Assembly (NCBI GenBank): GCA_963716175.1
Contig: OY970296.1
Span: 704,001 to 768,000, forward strand
Origin: an uncultured Armatimonadetes bacterium
GTDB taxonomy: Bacteria > Armatimonadota > Hebobacteria > Hebobacterales > Hebobacteraceae
Length of the DNA stretch: 64,000 nucleotides
Direction of reading: 5' to 3'
Shown here: positions 9,335 to 18,526 of the stretch, piece by piece
Numbering within the stretch: position 1 is the first letter of the stretch
Layout of the letters: every line of letters starts with the position of its first letter
Made by a program: the position numbers and the translations under genes
Notes under the pieces: generated by a model
Database searches by the model: none
Told to the model about the DNA's origin: nothing
Seen by the model: only the letters and a program-made list of their open reading frames with translations

Positions 9335-10050
9335 CTTCGATCACCTCGCACGGAGCTGCCCTGCTGGAGTACGGCGATCACTCCCAACAAGTCACTGCAG
9401 CAGTGTGCTGCTTGCGGGTGATTCTTGCGCACGAGAATACCCGGAATCCCCATGGCCTGCGCGCCAGCGATGTCGGTTTCGTAGCTGTCGCCGATCATCC
9501 AGATGTCCTGAGGTTCTCTGAGCACCTGCAGGACTTGGCTGAATGCTTCGGGGTGCGGCTTCTCGTATCCGGTGTCGGCCGAGTTCACGACTGCAGCGAA
9601 GCTACCCAGAATGCCGAGATGAGAGAGGATCAGCGGCAACTCGGGGACATGGTTGCTCAGGATACAGTGCGTCCAACCCAATTCCGCCAGCTGCCTCAGC
9701 GTTGGTTGAGTGTCGTCGAATAGCCGCCAGGCCGACGAGTCAGCATAGACATCACGGACCTTACGAGAGAGACGATCCGCCTCGTCGGGCGATAACCCAA
9801 TGCTTCGGAAGGCCTGCGCGAACAAGGGGCGGAGGCTGTCCCACCATTCGTCCGCCGATGCTATGTGGGTGTGCGGTACGTCCGCCCTCATCCAGGGGAA
9901 TCCCGACTGCATATGCGGGCGGATCGCCTCCACCTCGACCGGAAAGTCCGGCATCTCGATCTGCAGCACCTTCACGAGGGACGCCGTCCACTTCCCGTCA
10001 GCGCGATACCCTAGCGTGTCATCGAAATCCCAGATCAGGTAGTTCGCCAT
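9331..10050 (-). CDS. HAD-superfamily hydrolase
   Basis: WDFDDTL, LSN, EKPHPEAF, IGDSYETDI. Confidence 0.9.
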   Translation of the reverse strand: MANYLIWDFDDTLGYRADGKWTASLVKVLQIEMPDFPVEVEAIRPHMQSGFPWMRADVPHTHIASADEWWDSLRPLFAQAFRSIGLSPDEADRLSRKVRDVYADSSAWRLFDDTQPTLRQLAELGWTHCILSNHVPELPLILSHLGILGSFAAVVNSADTGYEKPHPEAFSQVLQVLREPQDIWMIGDSYETDIAGAQAMGIPGILVRKNHPQAAHCCSDLLGVIAVLQQGSSVRGDRR

Positions 10051-10810
10051 GGTCAGTCTGCTATGCTGCCGACAACGGTCTGCATCATTCTACACGCTTG
10101 CCCGCACTCGGTGAAGCGGGATAGACCTTCCCGGAGCCGCCGGCTTTCGACGAAGCCATGCCCTTGCCCAGGCACACGAATCAGGCCTTGAAGTCCGCGC
10201 TTGTGGATGCCAGTCCGCTCACATTCTCTGAAATGTAGACGAGTTGGCAAGAGCCCACAGTTTTCGGAGAAAGAGACAGCAAACCGCCCCTCTTGGGGCT
10301 CAAAGCCGCCCTTGGGGAGGCGGCCTGGTCCACAATACTCTGTGAGGGCAAACACGCCAGAACGGCCGCAGAGTAGCGCAGAAGCGGCTTTCTCCGCTCA
10401 GCCCGCGGCGGAGCGCCAAACGCGAGAGACACAGGTTGAGGCCAAGACGATGGTGGAGGACAACGACCTGGCATCGAAACCGCGGAGATGTGGACGAGGT
10501 CGCCAGTCTCGGTACCAGGGCGTTCTGGACAGGAAGACGGCGCCGCGCTCGGACCGGTGCCAGGGGAAGACAGCCTCTTACCACACAGCCCCCCTAGACA
10601 GGTTCCGTCTCCTCGCCTGCAGAAACACCTCCTCCCGGCACCTGCCGACAACGGGAGACCATGCGATACCTGGTGGTGTCCGATCCAGACTCAATGGGCG
10701 TACCCAGGAGATCCAAGGGATGGTAGGATCACGCCGCAAGGGTTGTTTCCAGCGGAGACCCGCGACCGGTGCCTGCTAGTCGGCTCCGTGGCCGGACGGA
10801 GGTGGGAGAC

Positions 10811-11254
10811 ATGCCGAAGCCATTTGTCATTCGGCGACAATGGATGAGATTCATGTATCTCTACACCATCTTGGGAGCGGGAGGGTTCGGACTCGCGATC
10901 GTCATCGTGCCTGAGCTGGTGAAGGCAGTGTTCCGGTGGCCGGGAGGGGAGCCCATTGCTTTCAGCATAGTGGGCAGCGTCTATGTTGCGTTCGGGCTCC
11001 TATCTGTGCTCGGCTTGCGCGATCCCCTGAAGTTCGTGCCGGTCCTGCTTCTTCAGCTCTGCTACAAGTCAGTGTGGTTCGTCGCGGTCGTTCTTCCCCT
11101 GCTCATCAGGGGCCGATTACCAGGCTATGGACTCTTGACTGCCGCCATATTTACCACATACATCATCGGAGACCTGATCGCGATCCCATTCCCATATCTT
11201 CTTGCTCGTACACCCGGCACTCACCAAGATGCGGCGTCAATGGGAGCGCCATAG
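10811..11254 (+). CDS. Hypothetical 4-TM membrane protein
   Basis: GGAGGTGGGAG RBS, ATG 10811; four hydrophobic segments. Confidence 0.7.
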   Translation: MPKPFVIRRQWMRFMYLYTILGAGGFGLAIVIVPELVKAVFRWPGGEPIAFSIVGSVYVAFGLLSVLGLRDPLKFVPVLLLQLCYKSVWFVAVVLPLLIRGRLPGYGLLTAAIFTTYIIGDLIAIPFPYLLARTPGTHQDAASMGAP

Positions 11255-11675
11255 CGCGCCTGAGACGCCGAAGACACAGTCCTCGCTCAGCACGGTGGTG
11301 GAGGAAACTCCGCTCACGCACAGATCCCCTCCCCCATCGGACGGAGTCGGAGTTCGAGATTGCCCATGTCCTGGAGCACTCAGCAGTCGCGAACTCTGTC
11401 GCCGTCCAGTTGATCTCGGCGGCAATTGGCGGTTCCACCCCCGAACACGGAGGCAGTGCCCGAAATCGCCCCTATCCGTGAAGTCACTTCACTCCGGCTG
11501 TAGACGATACTGGAGTCGCACGACACACAACCCTGGAGTAGGCCCTGGCCAGCCTCACGGGCGGTTCACAACAACAGAAGGCCTCAGGCCGCTAGCTGGT
11601 GCCCTGGCGCAACTCGGCCGGTTGGATGAAGCCGCGCGCGAGTGAAGACGGCTGGCCGAAGCGATCCGGCCTGAG

Positions 11676-11704
11676 TTGACAGGTCAGGCCTGCACCAGTA
11701 GAAT
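11676..11704 (+). promoter_or_regulatory. Sigma-70 promoter
   Basis: TTGACA(11676-11681)-N17-TAGAAT(11699-11704). Confidence 0.8.
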
Positions 11705-11714
11705 ACTTGCACTC

Positions 11715-12107
11715 ATGGGCCTTCTGGCCTGGCCGCGAGACGGGAACTCACGAATGCGGGCCGCTGCGCGAATTCACAGCCGGCTCTTACTGGCGTGGCT
11801 GCTGCCATACCTGCTCCTCACACTCGCCGCCGGCGGGGCGCACAGGCACCCGCTGCTCGCGGGCTCGCGGCTCCTCCTAGGCGGCCGCGCTTCGGATACC
11901 ACTGACATCGCGCTTGCGCCGCAGACGTCGCAGGCTGACCCGAGCTGCCCTGCCTGCCAGTGGCTGCTGGCCTCGACTGCCTGCGATCCTGGCCACCAGA
12001 CGGCGACATCTGCTCCGGCATCGCGGCCTCTCGTGTGCGCAGCTGGCGGCGTTGTCCCCCAGTCCATCCCCCTTGGGCACTCCGGCCGCTCCCCTCCCCT
12101 CGTCTAA
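11715..12107 (+). CDS. DUF2946-like leader protein (signal/TM, HxH, CxxC, C-terminal RSPP)
   Basis: LLLAWLLPYLLLTLAAGGAHRH...CPACQW...SGRSPPLV*; start ATG 11715 or 11754; the track start (11676) is the -35 box. Confidence 0.7.
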   Translation: MGLLAWPRDGNSRMRAAARIHSRLLLAWLLPYLLLTLAAGGAHRHPLLAGSRLLLGGRASDTTDIALAPQTSQADPSCPACQWLLASTACDPGHQTATSAPASRPLVCAAGGVVPQSIPLGHSGRSPPLV

Positions 12108-12279
12108 GCTCTGCCCTCAACGCACTGATCTGCTGGCCCGGGCCGATTACCTCCCGCGACGGTTCTCGCCGCGGCGGCGGTCCGGCGCATGCCCCATCAC
12201 CTGACGCACAACATGGCACCGGCGTGGCCACAGCTGTGCGCAGGGACAGGGGCCCGTTGGAGTTGAGGAGGAATCCCAG

Positions 12280-13578
12280 ATGCGACTCATGTTGATGCTA
12301 CTGTTGTGCGCGACGATAGGCCTGGAATGCTCGGTGGCCGGGGCCCACGACGAAGCCATTGCTTCGGGGGAGGCCACGGTGACCGTGCCCAAATCCGAGT
12401 GGGAGGCGCTCAAGGCTCGACTGGACGCAGTTGAGAAGGAACTGCAGGGACTGAAGGCAAGGCAGGCGCCGGTCCAGCCGGCCGAGACCCCTGCGCCAGA
12501 GGCGGGAGCGGAGACCGCCGCTCCCGCGGCTTTTGCTGCCTCGACGCCCGAGACTCAGGCCCCGACGAGCGGGAGGTACCTCGCCCTCCCCGACATCAGC
12601 CTCATCGTGCAGGCGAAGGGGAAAGCGAGCTCGGACCCGCGCGACGAGGGCCGCAACCGCATCCGCCTCAGCGAAGCCGAGCTGGGGATTCAGGGATACG
12701 TGTACCCGAACGTGAAGGCGGACGCCTTCATCACCATGAGCCCAGAGGAGGGGGAGTCAGCGCAGGTCGAGGAAGCCTACCTCACGTACCTGGGCCTGCG
12801 CAAGCGTCTGAACTTCTACGTCGGCGAGAAGCACGTCCCCTTCGGGCGCACCAACCTTCTCCATAACCACTCCTGGCTCTACGTCCGCCCGCCGCTGGTG
12901 CTCAGGAACCTGGTAGCGGAGGAGAGCCTTTCAGGAGAGGGAGTTGCAGCGAGCTACCTGCTGCCGACGAAAGGCAACCTGTTCGCCCAGTTGGACCTCG
13001 GGACGTGGACGGGGCAGGGGCCGGGCGAGGCGACAGAACCGCCAGACATCCTTGTCGGCCCGGGCGCTGGCTTCTCCGACCGCTTCAACACCGCCCGGCT
13101 GTGGCTAGGCCAGCCGGTGGGCGAGAACAATGAGCTCGAGCTGGGCACTTCCTATGCTCGCGGCCCGGCCGAAGGGTTCGCCGTCCCAGGAAGCGGGCAC
13201 GCCGAACTCAGCGGCCTGGACCTGACCTATCGGCACTATGGGGAGGGCACGAGTCGGCTATTGCTTCGCGGCGAAGGCGTGCAGCGCCACGAGGCCACCG
13301 ACTTCGCCGGAAGCACTGCCAAGGGATACTACCTGTTCGGAAACTACCGCCCCGATAAGTATCGCAGTGTTGGTCTGCTCTACGACTGGTCAGAGTTCCC
13401 ACAGGCGTCCGATCTCCACGAGTCGGCGCTCTCCCTCATCCTGACGAAGCAGTTTTCTGAGCAGTATTACCTGCGGCTTCAGACCGTGCATGGCAAGCGG
13501 CCCGGCAGCAGCAGCTATGACGAACTGTGGCTGCAGTGGGTCTGGGGCATGGGGCCGCACACGCACAACTTGGAATGA
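12280..13578 (+). CDS. Outer-membrane beta-barrel associated with metal ABC uptake
   Basis: Signal peptide, coiled coil, PDISL, VEEAY, PFGRTNLLHNH, C-terminal LQWVWGMGPHTHNLE. Confidence 0.75.
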   Translation: MRLMLMLLLCATIGLECSVAGAHDEAIASGEATVTVPKSEWEALKARLDAVEKELQGLKARQAPVQPAETPAPEAGAETAAPAAFAASTPETQAPTSGRYLALPDISLIVQAKGKASSDPRDEGRNRIRLSEAELGIQGYVYPNVKADAFITMSPEEGESAQVEEAYLTYLGLRKRLNFYVGEKHVPFGRTNLLHNHSWLYVRPPLVLRNLVAEESLSGEGVAASYLLPTKGNLFAQLDLGTWTGQGPGEATEPPDILVGPGAGFSDRFNTARLWLGQPVGENNELELGTSYARGPAEGFAVPGSGHAELSGLDLTYRHYGEGTSRLLLRGEGVQRHEATDFAGSTAKGYYLFGNYRPDKYRSVGLLYDWSEFPQASDLHESALSLILTKQFSEQYYLRLQTVHGKRPGSSSYDELWLQWVWGMGPHTHNLE

Positions 13579-13616
13579 GCGCTCTCATCCGAATGACACA
13601 GAGAAAGGTGCATACA

Positions 13617-14549
13617 ATGAAGACGTGGTCTTTGCATGTGATACTGAGCCTGGTAGCGCTAGCAGTGGGCAGTTGCGCTTTCGCCACACCGGCGATAGCG
13701 GCGATCACGGTCGTCGCGGCCACGCCCGATCTGGCGGATATCGCCAAGCGCGTCGGGGGCGATAGGGTCTCCGTCTACTCGATCGCCAGGCCGAATCAGG
13801 ATCTGCACATGATCGAGCCGCGCCCAAGCGATGTGGCGCGAATCGCCCGCGCCGATCTTGTCGTGCGCGTCGGGATGGATCTCGACTTGTGGCTGGACGC
13901 GCTTATGAACGCGGCCGGCAACGGGCGCGTCAACCGCGGCGGCCGCGGCTACGTGGACGCCTCGGTCGGGATTCAGAAACTCGAGGTGCCGCGGGAACAG
14001 ATTACGGGCGCCTCCGGCGATATTCACGTCTACGGCAACCCTCACTACTGGCTGGACCCGCTCAATGGAGAGATCATCAGCGCGAATATCCTGGAGGGGC
14101 TCAAGCGAGTTTCGCCGGCCGATGCGGGCTACTTCGAGAAGAATCGAAACGCGTTCCTTGCCGCTCTTCATTCTGCGATGCGCCGCTGGCAGGAAAAACT
14201 GGGCCCGTACCGGGGCCGCAAGATCGTCAACTACCACGACGCTTGGCCGTACTTCGTCCGCCGCTTTAACCTGAAGGTCCTAGAATGCATCGAGCCAAAG
14301 CCAGGCATTCCGCCCACGGCCTCTCACATTGCCTCCCTCATCGAGCAGATCAAGGCGGAGAAGCAACCCGTCGTCATCGCCGACGCCGCCTACTACCCAG
14401 ACAAAGCGGCCAAGACCATCGCGGCTAGGACTGGGGCCCGATTCGTGGTCATCCCCTCTTCGGTGGGCGGGGCGAAGGGGGCGGACAACTTCCTCTCGCT
14501 CTTCGACCACATCGTTGAAGGCCTCGTCAGAGGCTTCTCTAACCGCTAG
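13617..14549 (+). CDS. Zn/Mn ABC substrate-binding protein (ZnuA/TroA-like)
   Basis: DLHMIEPRPSD, GDIHVYGNPHYWLDP, YHDAW, EPKPGIPP. Confidence 0.9.
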   Translation: MKTWSLHVILSLVALAVGSCAFATPAIAAITVVAATPDLADIAKRVGGDRVSVYSIARPNQDLHMIEPRPSDVARIARADLVVRVGMDLDLWLDALMNAAGNGRVNRGGRGYVDASVGIQKLEVPREQITGASGDIHVYGNPHYWLDPLNGEIISANILEGLKRVSPADAGYFEKNRNAFLAALHSAMRRWQEKLGPYRGRKIVNYHDAWPYFVRRFNLKVLECIEPKPGIPPTASHIASLIEQIKAEKQPVVIADAAYYPDKAAKTIAARTGARFVVIPSSVGGAKGADNFLSLFDHIVEGLVRGFSNR

Positions 14550-14559
14550 GAGTGCACCG

Positions 14560-15384
14560 ATGATGCAGCTAATGACTTTGCCCATTGTGATGGGTGTGAT
14601 TCTGACGGGCATCTTGGCCTACCTGGGCATCCATATCGTGCAGCGCGAGGTCATCTTCGTGGACCTGGCGCTGGCCCAGATTGCGGCGCTTGGGGCCGCC
14701 GTTGGGGTACTGGTCGGCCTGGAGCCTCATGGGATTCAGGCGTACGGTGCTTCGCTTCTGTTCGTGCTGCTGGGCGCCGTTGTCTTCGCCCTCACCAAGA
14801 TGAGAGAACAGGACGTACCGCGAGAAGCGGTGATCGGGATTACGTACGTGGTGGCAGCCGCAGCTTCTGTCCTCGCGTTCAGCTACGCGCCCGGGGCCGC
14901 CGAGAAGATCCAGGACATGCTGCTGGGGAACATCCTGTTCGCTTCGGCTCGCGACGTAGGGGTGGTGCTCGCCGTCTCGGTTGCCGTCGGCGCGTTCCAC
15001 CTGATATTCCGCAGGAACTTCCTGCTTATCTCGCAGGATCCCGGCCAGGCCGCGCAGCGCGGCATCTCCCTTGCCCTCTGGGACTTCCTGTTCTACGCCT
15101 CCCTCGGCCTGGTGGTCGTGAGCGCGGTTGGCGTGGTGGGCATCCTGCTCGTCTTCTCCTACCTGATCATCCCTGCAGTCTGCGCGATGTTGCTCAGGCG
15201 GAACATGGGGGCCAGGATTGCGGTGGCCTGGGGATTAGGAGCGCTCGCCACCTTCCTGGGAATCTACCTGTCCGTGCTGTTAGATCTGCCCACCGGTGCC
15301 GCCATGGTCTGCACTTTCGCCACCGTGCTCGTGGTGATAGCGGTCATCGGGGCTGTGCGGCGCGTCCGTCCCGCTCAAGGATAA
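14560..15384 (+). CDS. Metal ABC permease (ZnuB/ABC-3 family)
   Basis: LGIHIVQREVIFVDLALAQIAALG, GILLVFSYLIIPA, DLPTGAAMV. Confidence 0.9.
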   Translation: MMQLMTLPIVMGVILTGILAYLGIHIVQREVIFVDLALAQIAALGAAVGVLVGLEPHGIQAYGASLLFVLLGAVVFALTKMREQDVPREAVIGITYVVAAAASVLAFSYAPGAAEKIQDMLLGNILFASARDVGVVLAVSVAVGAFHLIFRRNFLLISQDPGQAAQRGISLALWDFLFYASLGLVVVSAVGVVGILLVFSYLIIPAVCAMLLRRNMGARIAVAWGLGALATFLGIYLSVLLDLPTGAAMVCTFATVLVVIAVIGAVRRVRPAQG

Positions 15385-15432
15385 GAGGAAAGGAGTCTCG
15401 CCAAGAGCCACTGTCCCGCGGCGGCGGAGATA

Positions 15433-15751
15433 CCTCTTCCCTTCGCACTCGACCTTCCCTCCGCGGCCGCGATTGTGGCACTCTCCTGCGCCCTACTTGG
15501 TTCCGCCGCCCGTGTCGCGTGGGCGCGCCCGTTGCTTCGCGTTCGTGGTGGTGCCAGCGGTCACAGCGCTGCTGCTGAGTCAGCGTTTGGGGCGAATCTA
15601 TGCCCTTGGCGTGGGCTCAGCACCGGTCGCCACGGTGGCGGGGCTGTGCGCGTCGGTGAAGCTGGACCTGCCCACTGGACCCGCCATCGTAGCTTTCCTG
15701 TTCGTGTTGCTGTGCATCGCCTGGCCCGTCAGCGCGCTGCGAAGGGCGTAG
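15433..15751 (+). pseudogene. Two tandem C-terminal fragments of ABC-3 permeases
   Basis: FALDLPSAAAIVALS (frame of 15475) then FAFVVVPAVTA...DLPTGPAIV (frame of 15473); no N-terminal halves. Confidence 0.6.
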
Positions 15752-16030
15752 CCCAATGGCTCTCGATTCCGGAGATGCACCCGGTCGCGGACGGGATCCC
15801 CCTCGGCCGCGTTGTGCAACCCCATCCACACGTGCTCGGCAACCAGGACTCGGATCTGCATGCCCGGCAGTCTCGGGCCCGTGCGCTCCCGGTCCACCGG
15901 ACATCATTGTTGGGCCCCAGCGAAAGTGCGGCTTTGGGGATGTCAGGGTCTTAGGCGGTCTGGGCAGACAGTTTCGGCCGCCGTCTCGGACCTGGATGGC
16001 GCACCCCCCGATATGCAGCAGAACCCCCGA

Positions 16031-16070
16031 AGTGGCTGCGAGCAGAGGGGTAGCCGGAATCAGGGCTGGG
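16031..16070 (+). repeat. Diverged copy of the bulged-hairpin repeat
   Basis: agtggctgcgagcagaggggtagccggaatcaggg vs consensus cagtgactccnagcygaggggtagccggagtcgg. Confidence 0.45.
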
Positions 16071-16124
16071 GTTCGCCTGGCCGCCGCGGCTGCAGTCCAG
16101 TCCATGGTCGCTGCCCAGCCGCTG

Positions 16125-17315
16125 CTACTCGCTCTCCAATAGCAGCAGCGCATCCTCCCACCCATCGGGTGTCGAGAACAGCACCACGCCGGTATTCGCA
16201 AGATGACCAATGGCCACCGGCTCTGCGGTGCTGGGATTGACCCACGATGCCCGCGCGGCCTCTCCGGCGATCGTACTCATGTCGATGCTAAAGGATGCCT
16301 TATCAGCGCAATACACCATGGCCCAACGGCGCTCCTTGTGCCGGGCAGCCAGGTTCAGCACTTGCCCGCGGGTCTCGCCCCCACTGGCGAAGATGGTCTG
16401 GTCCGGAACAAGATGCCACCACTCTTCTCGCTCCAGGAAGGTCCTCTTCAGGAGGCCGAGTTGGGCAGCGCCAGGCGCATCCAGCGCCTGCCTCCAGGTG
16501 GGCAGCACTCGCCAACTGTCATTGTGCCCATAGGTGTGATGAGCCCCGGCCAGGTACGAGTAGTAGGCCTGCCGGCGGATCCAGAGTGGCGTCACATCGA
16601 AGCCATACTCGGAGCCCTGCTCATAGGCGCCTTCCGCCATCAGGACGGGTTTGGTGGGCTTGAGATTGTAGTCATTGGTCACCATCGGGTAGATGAGCTC
16701 GACCGACTTCCAGGTCTGCATCGAGTTGAAGTCGAGCCAGCTCTCCTGGTGGATGAAGCTCGACGAGTAGGGCGCGGGGTCTGGTTTGAACGTCACCAGG
16801 TGGGCCCCGCCGTCGCCTTCCCGAAGGCCTGCTGCCAGTTCCCGCAGGATCGGAACGAACTCCTGTCTGGCCTCGGGCGTCATGGACCAGACAATGGTGG
16901 GCACGTCCCGGTATCGCTGTGCTACCCATCTCGCCCAGCGGCGGGCGTTCTCGACCGTGATGTACGCGCGGTACCGCTGGTGGAACAGGGTCATGGAGAT
17001 GGCCACGTTCTTCTCGCGGGCGATCCCAACTACCGCATCCACGTTCTTGAAGTACGCCTCGTTGGGCGTGAGTGGGTTGTCATTTATCCAGGGCTTCTCG
17101 CCGTAGACGTTTGGCTGCGTGCCATCCCCCACACCCATGAGCATGACCTGGGCAAAAGCAAACCCCGTGCTCTTGGTCTTCTCAAGGATTACCTCGGCCT
17201 CCTCCAGCGTGTACTCCCGGAAGAGCTGCCATTGAGTAGTGCCCAGCCAGAACACGGGGGCGCCGTTCTGGTCTACGAAGTACCTGCCATTCTCGCTGAC
17301 TTTAACGGGGTACAT
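16125..17315 (-). CDS. DUF4038/apiosidase-like (GH140-related) glycoside hydrolase with C-terminal collagen-binding-like domain
   Basis: GRYFVDQNGAPVFWLG, WLDFNSMQT, KPVLMAEGAYE, IRRQAY, TYGHN; paralog of 56161-57375. Confidence 0.85.
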   Translation of the reverse strand: MYPVKVSENGRYFVDQNGAPVFWLGTTQWQLFREYTLEEAEVILEKTKSTGFAFAQVMLMGVGDGTQPNVYGEKPWINDNPLTPNEAYFKNVDAVVGIAREKNVAISMTLFHQRYRAYITVENARRWARWVAQRYRDVPTIVWSMTPEARQEFVPILRELAAGLREGDGGAHLVTFKPDPAPYSSSFIHQESWLDFNSMQTWKSVELIYPMVTNDYNLKPTKPVLMAEGAYEQGSEYGFDVTPLWIRRQAYYSYLAGAHHTYGHNDSWRVLPTWRQALDAPGAAQLGLLKRTFLEREEWWHLVPDQTIFASGGETRGQVLNLAARHKERRWAMVYCADKASFSIDMSTIAGEAARASWVNPSTAEPVAIGHLANTGVVLFSTPDGWEDALLLLESE

Positions 17316-17841
17316 TCCTCAGCATCCTTTCGCGGCGTTTCGCATCAGGTCCCAACCGAGCAAGGTCCGGGCACTGTCTCACCGATCCCAGATCCCCGCG
17401 CGGCCATCGCTCATAGCAATCAGCGGCCTTTTCCCGGCCGAACAGCCTCTGTCTGAGGCGGCCGCGACATCCATGCGCCCTCGGTCCCGCCGGTCGCGCG
17501 ATCGAGCGGTATGGGCGATGCGAGCGCCGGGCCACTCGCCCTGATGCTTCGACGGCGTGAGCCACAGCCCTACTGCAGGCGATTGACACAGGCGCTCGCG
17601 CTGGCACGTGCAGCTCAAGCAGTCTGCGATACCGACCAGGGGAGTCGCAGCAGGACGCCACCACGAATCGGGGGGACGATCCAGGGCGTCCCAGGTAGCG
17701 CGCTCTTCGGCCCCCACATTGGGCCAGACAGCCGGAGTATGGAATCCTAACTCCGAGAGCAGCTGTGCTCCGGACGGTCATGCTAACCCCTACGTCGCCG
17801 GGACGTCGGGACGCGGGGTTCCAGGTGTCGAGGTAAGCGCT

Positions 17842-18264
17842 ATGAAGCCGTGTAGGACGTGCGGGCATCAGATCTCTGACGACGCCCTTGCCTGCCCGAG
17901 CTGCGGGGCTCCGTTTCCGGCGAGGGACAGATGGGACGGATGGGGGTGGGAGTACAAGTCAAGCCTGACCATGTGGGGGCTGCCGCTGCTTCACATATCC
18001 TTCAAGTACCGCCCGAATAGAATGCCGGTGGTGGCCAAGGGAATCATCGCCATCGGCCAGTTCGCCTGCGGCATTGTCACCATCTCGCAGTTCGGGGTAG
18101 GGGTGGTCAGCGTCAGTCAGTTCACGGTGGCCGCGTTCGCGCTCGCTCAGTTCGCGCTCGCCTACTCGCTGATTGCGCAACTCGGAGTGTTCATCCACGA
18201 AGGACACGGGCAGCTCGTCAGGAGCCTGTCGGACTTACTGGCGATGCTGTGGCAGCGGCGTTGA
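17842..18264 (+). CDS. Zinc-ribbon membrane protein
   Basis: CRTCG...CPSCG, then GLPLLHI, AKGIIAIG and hydrophobic QF repeats. Confidence 0.8.
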   Translation: MKPCRTCGHQISDDALACPSCGAPFPARDRWDGWGWEYKSSLTMWGLPLLHISFKYRPNRMPVVAKGIIAIGQFACGIVTISQFGVGVVSVSQFTVAAFALAQFALAYSLIAQLGVFIHEGHGQLVRSLSDLLAMLWQRR

Positions 18265-18305
18265 CATACCGCGCTCACCCCCAGCCGCGACCAAACCCCG
18301 CGCTC

Positions 18306-18345
18306 TGAGTCCAGGCGGAGGGGGTAGCTGGAATCGGAGAGCCCC
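18306..18345 (+). repeat. Diverged copy of the bulged-hairpin repeat
   Basis: tgagtccaggcggagggggtagctggaatcggagagcccc, ~40 bp after the zinc-ribbon stop. Confidence 0.55.
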
Positions 18346-18526
18346 GCGACCCCAGGAGGGGGCCGCGGACCGCAGAATCCTTACTCTGATAGCTCTGTAG
18401 GGCCCCGGAACCCACCCTAGGCACCGGGACGTGTGCGGCCAGTTGCTCGCGTCGCTATGCGTTCAGGCGTGGCCGGGATTGGGCGCCGGATCTGCGCACG
18501 CCCCAGCAGAGACAGGAGGTGCAGAG

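Noticed and set aside
10275-10330. c-di-GMP-I riboswitch-like GCAAAC...CAAAGCC two-hairpin segment
   Set aside because: No GNRA loop or receptor and far from a start codon; looks like a degenerate tandem duplication
11590-11645. LAGALAQLGRLDEAARE TPR-like tail
   Set aside because: Too short to call; at most another relic
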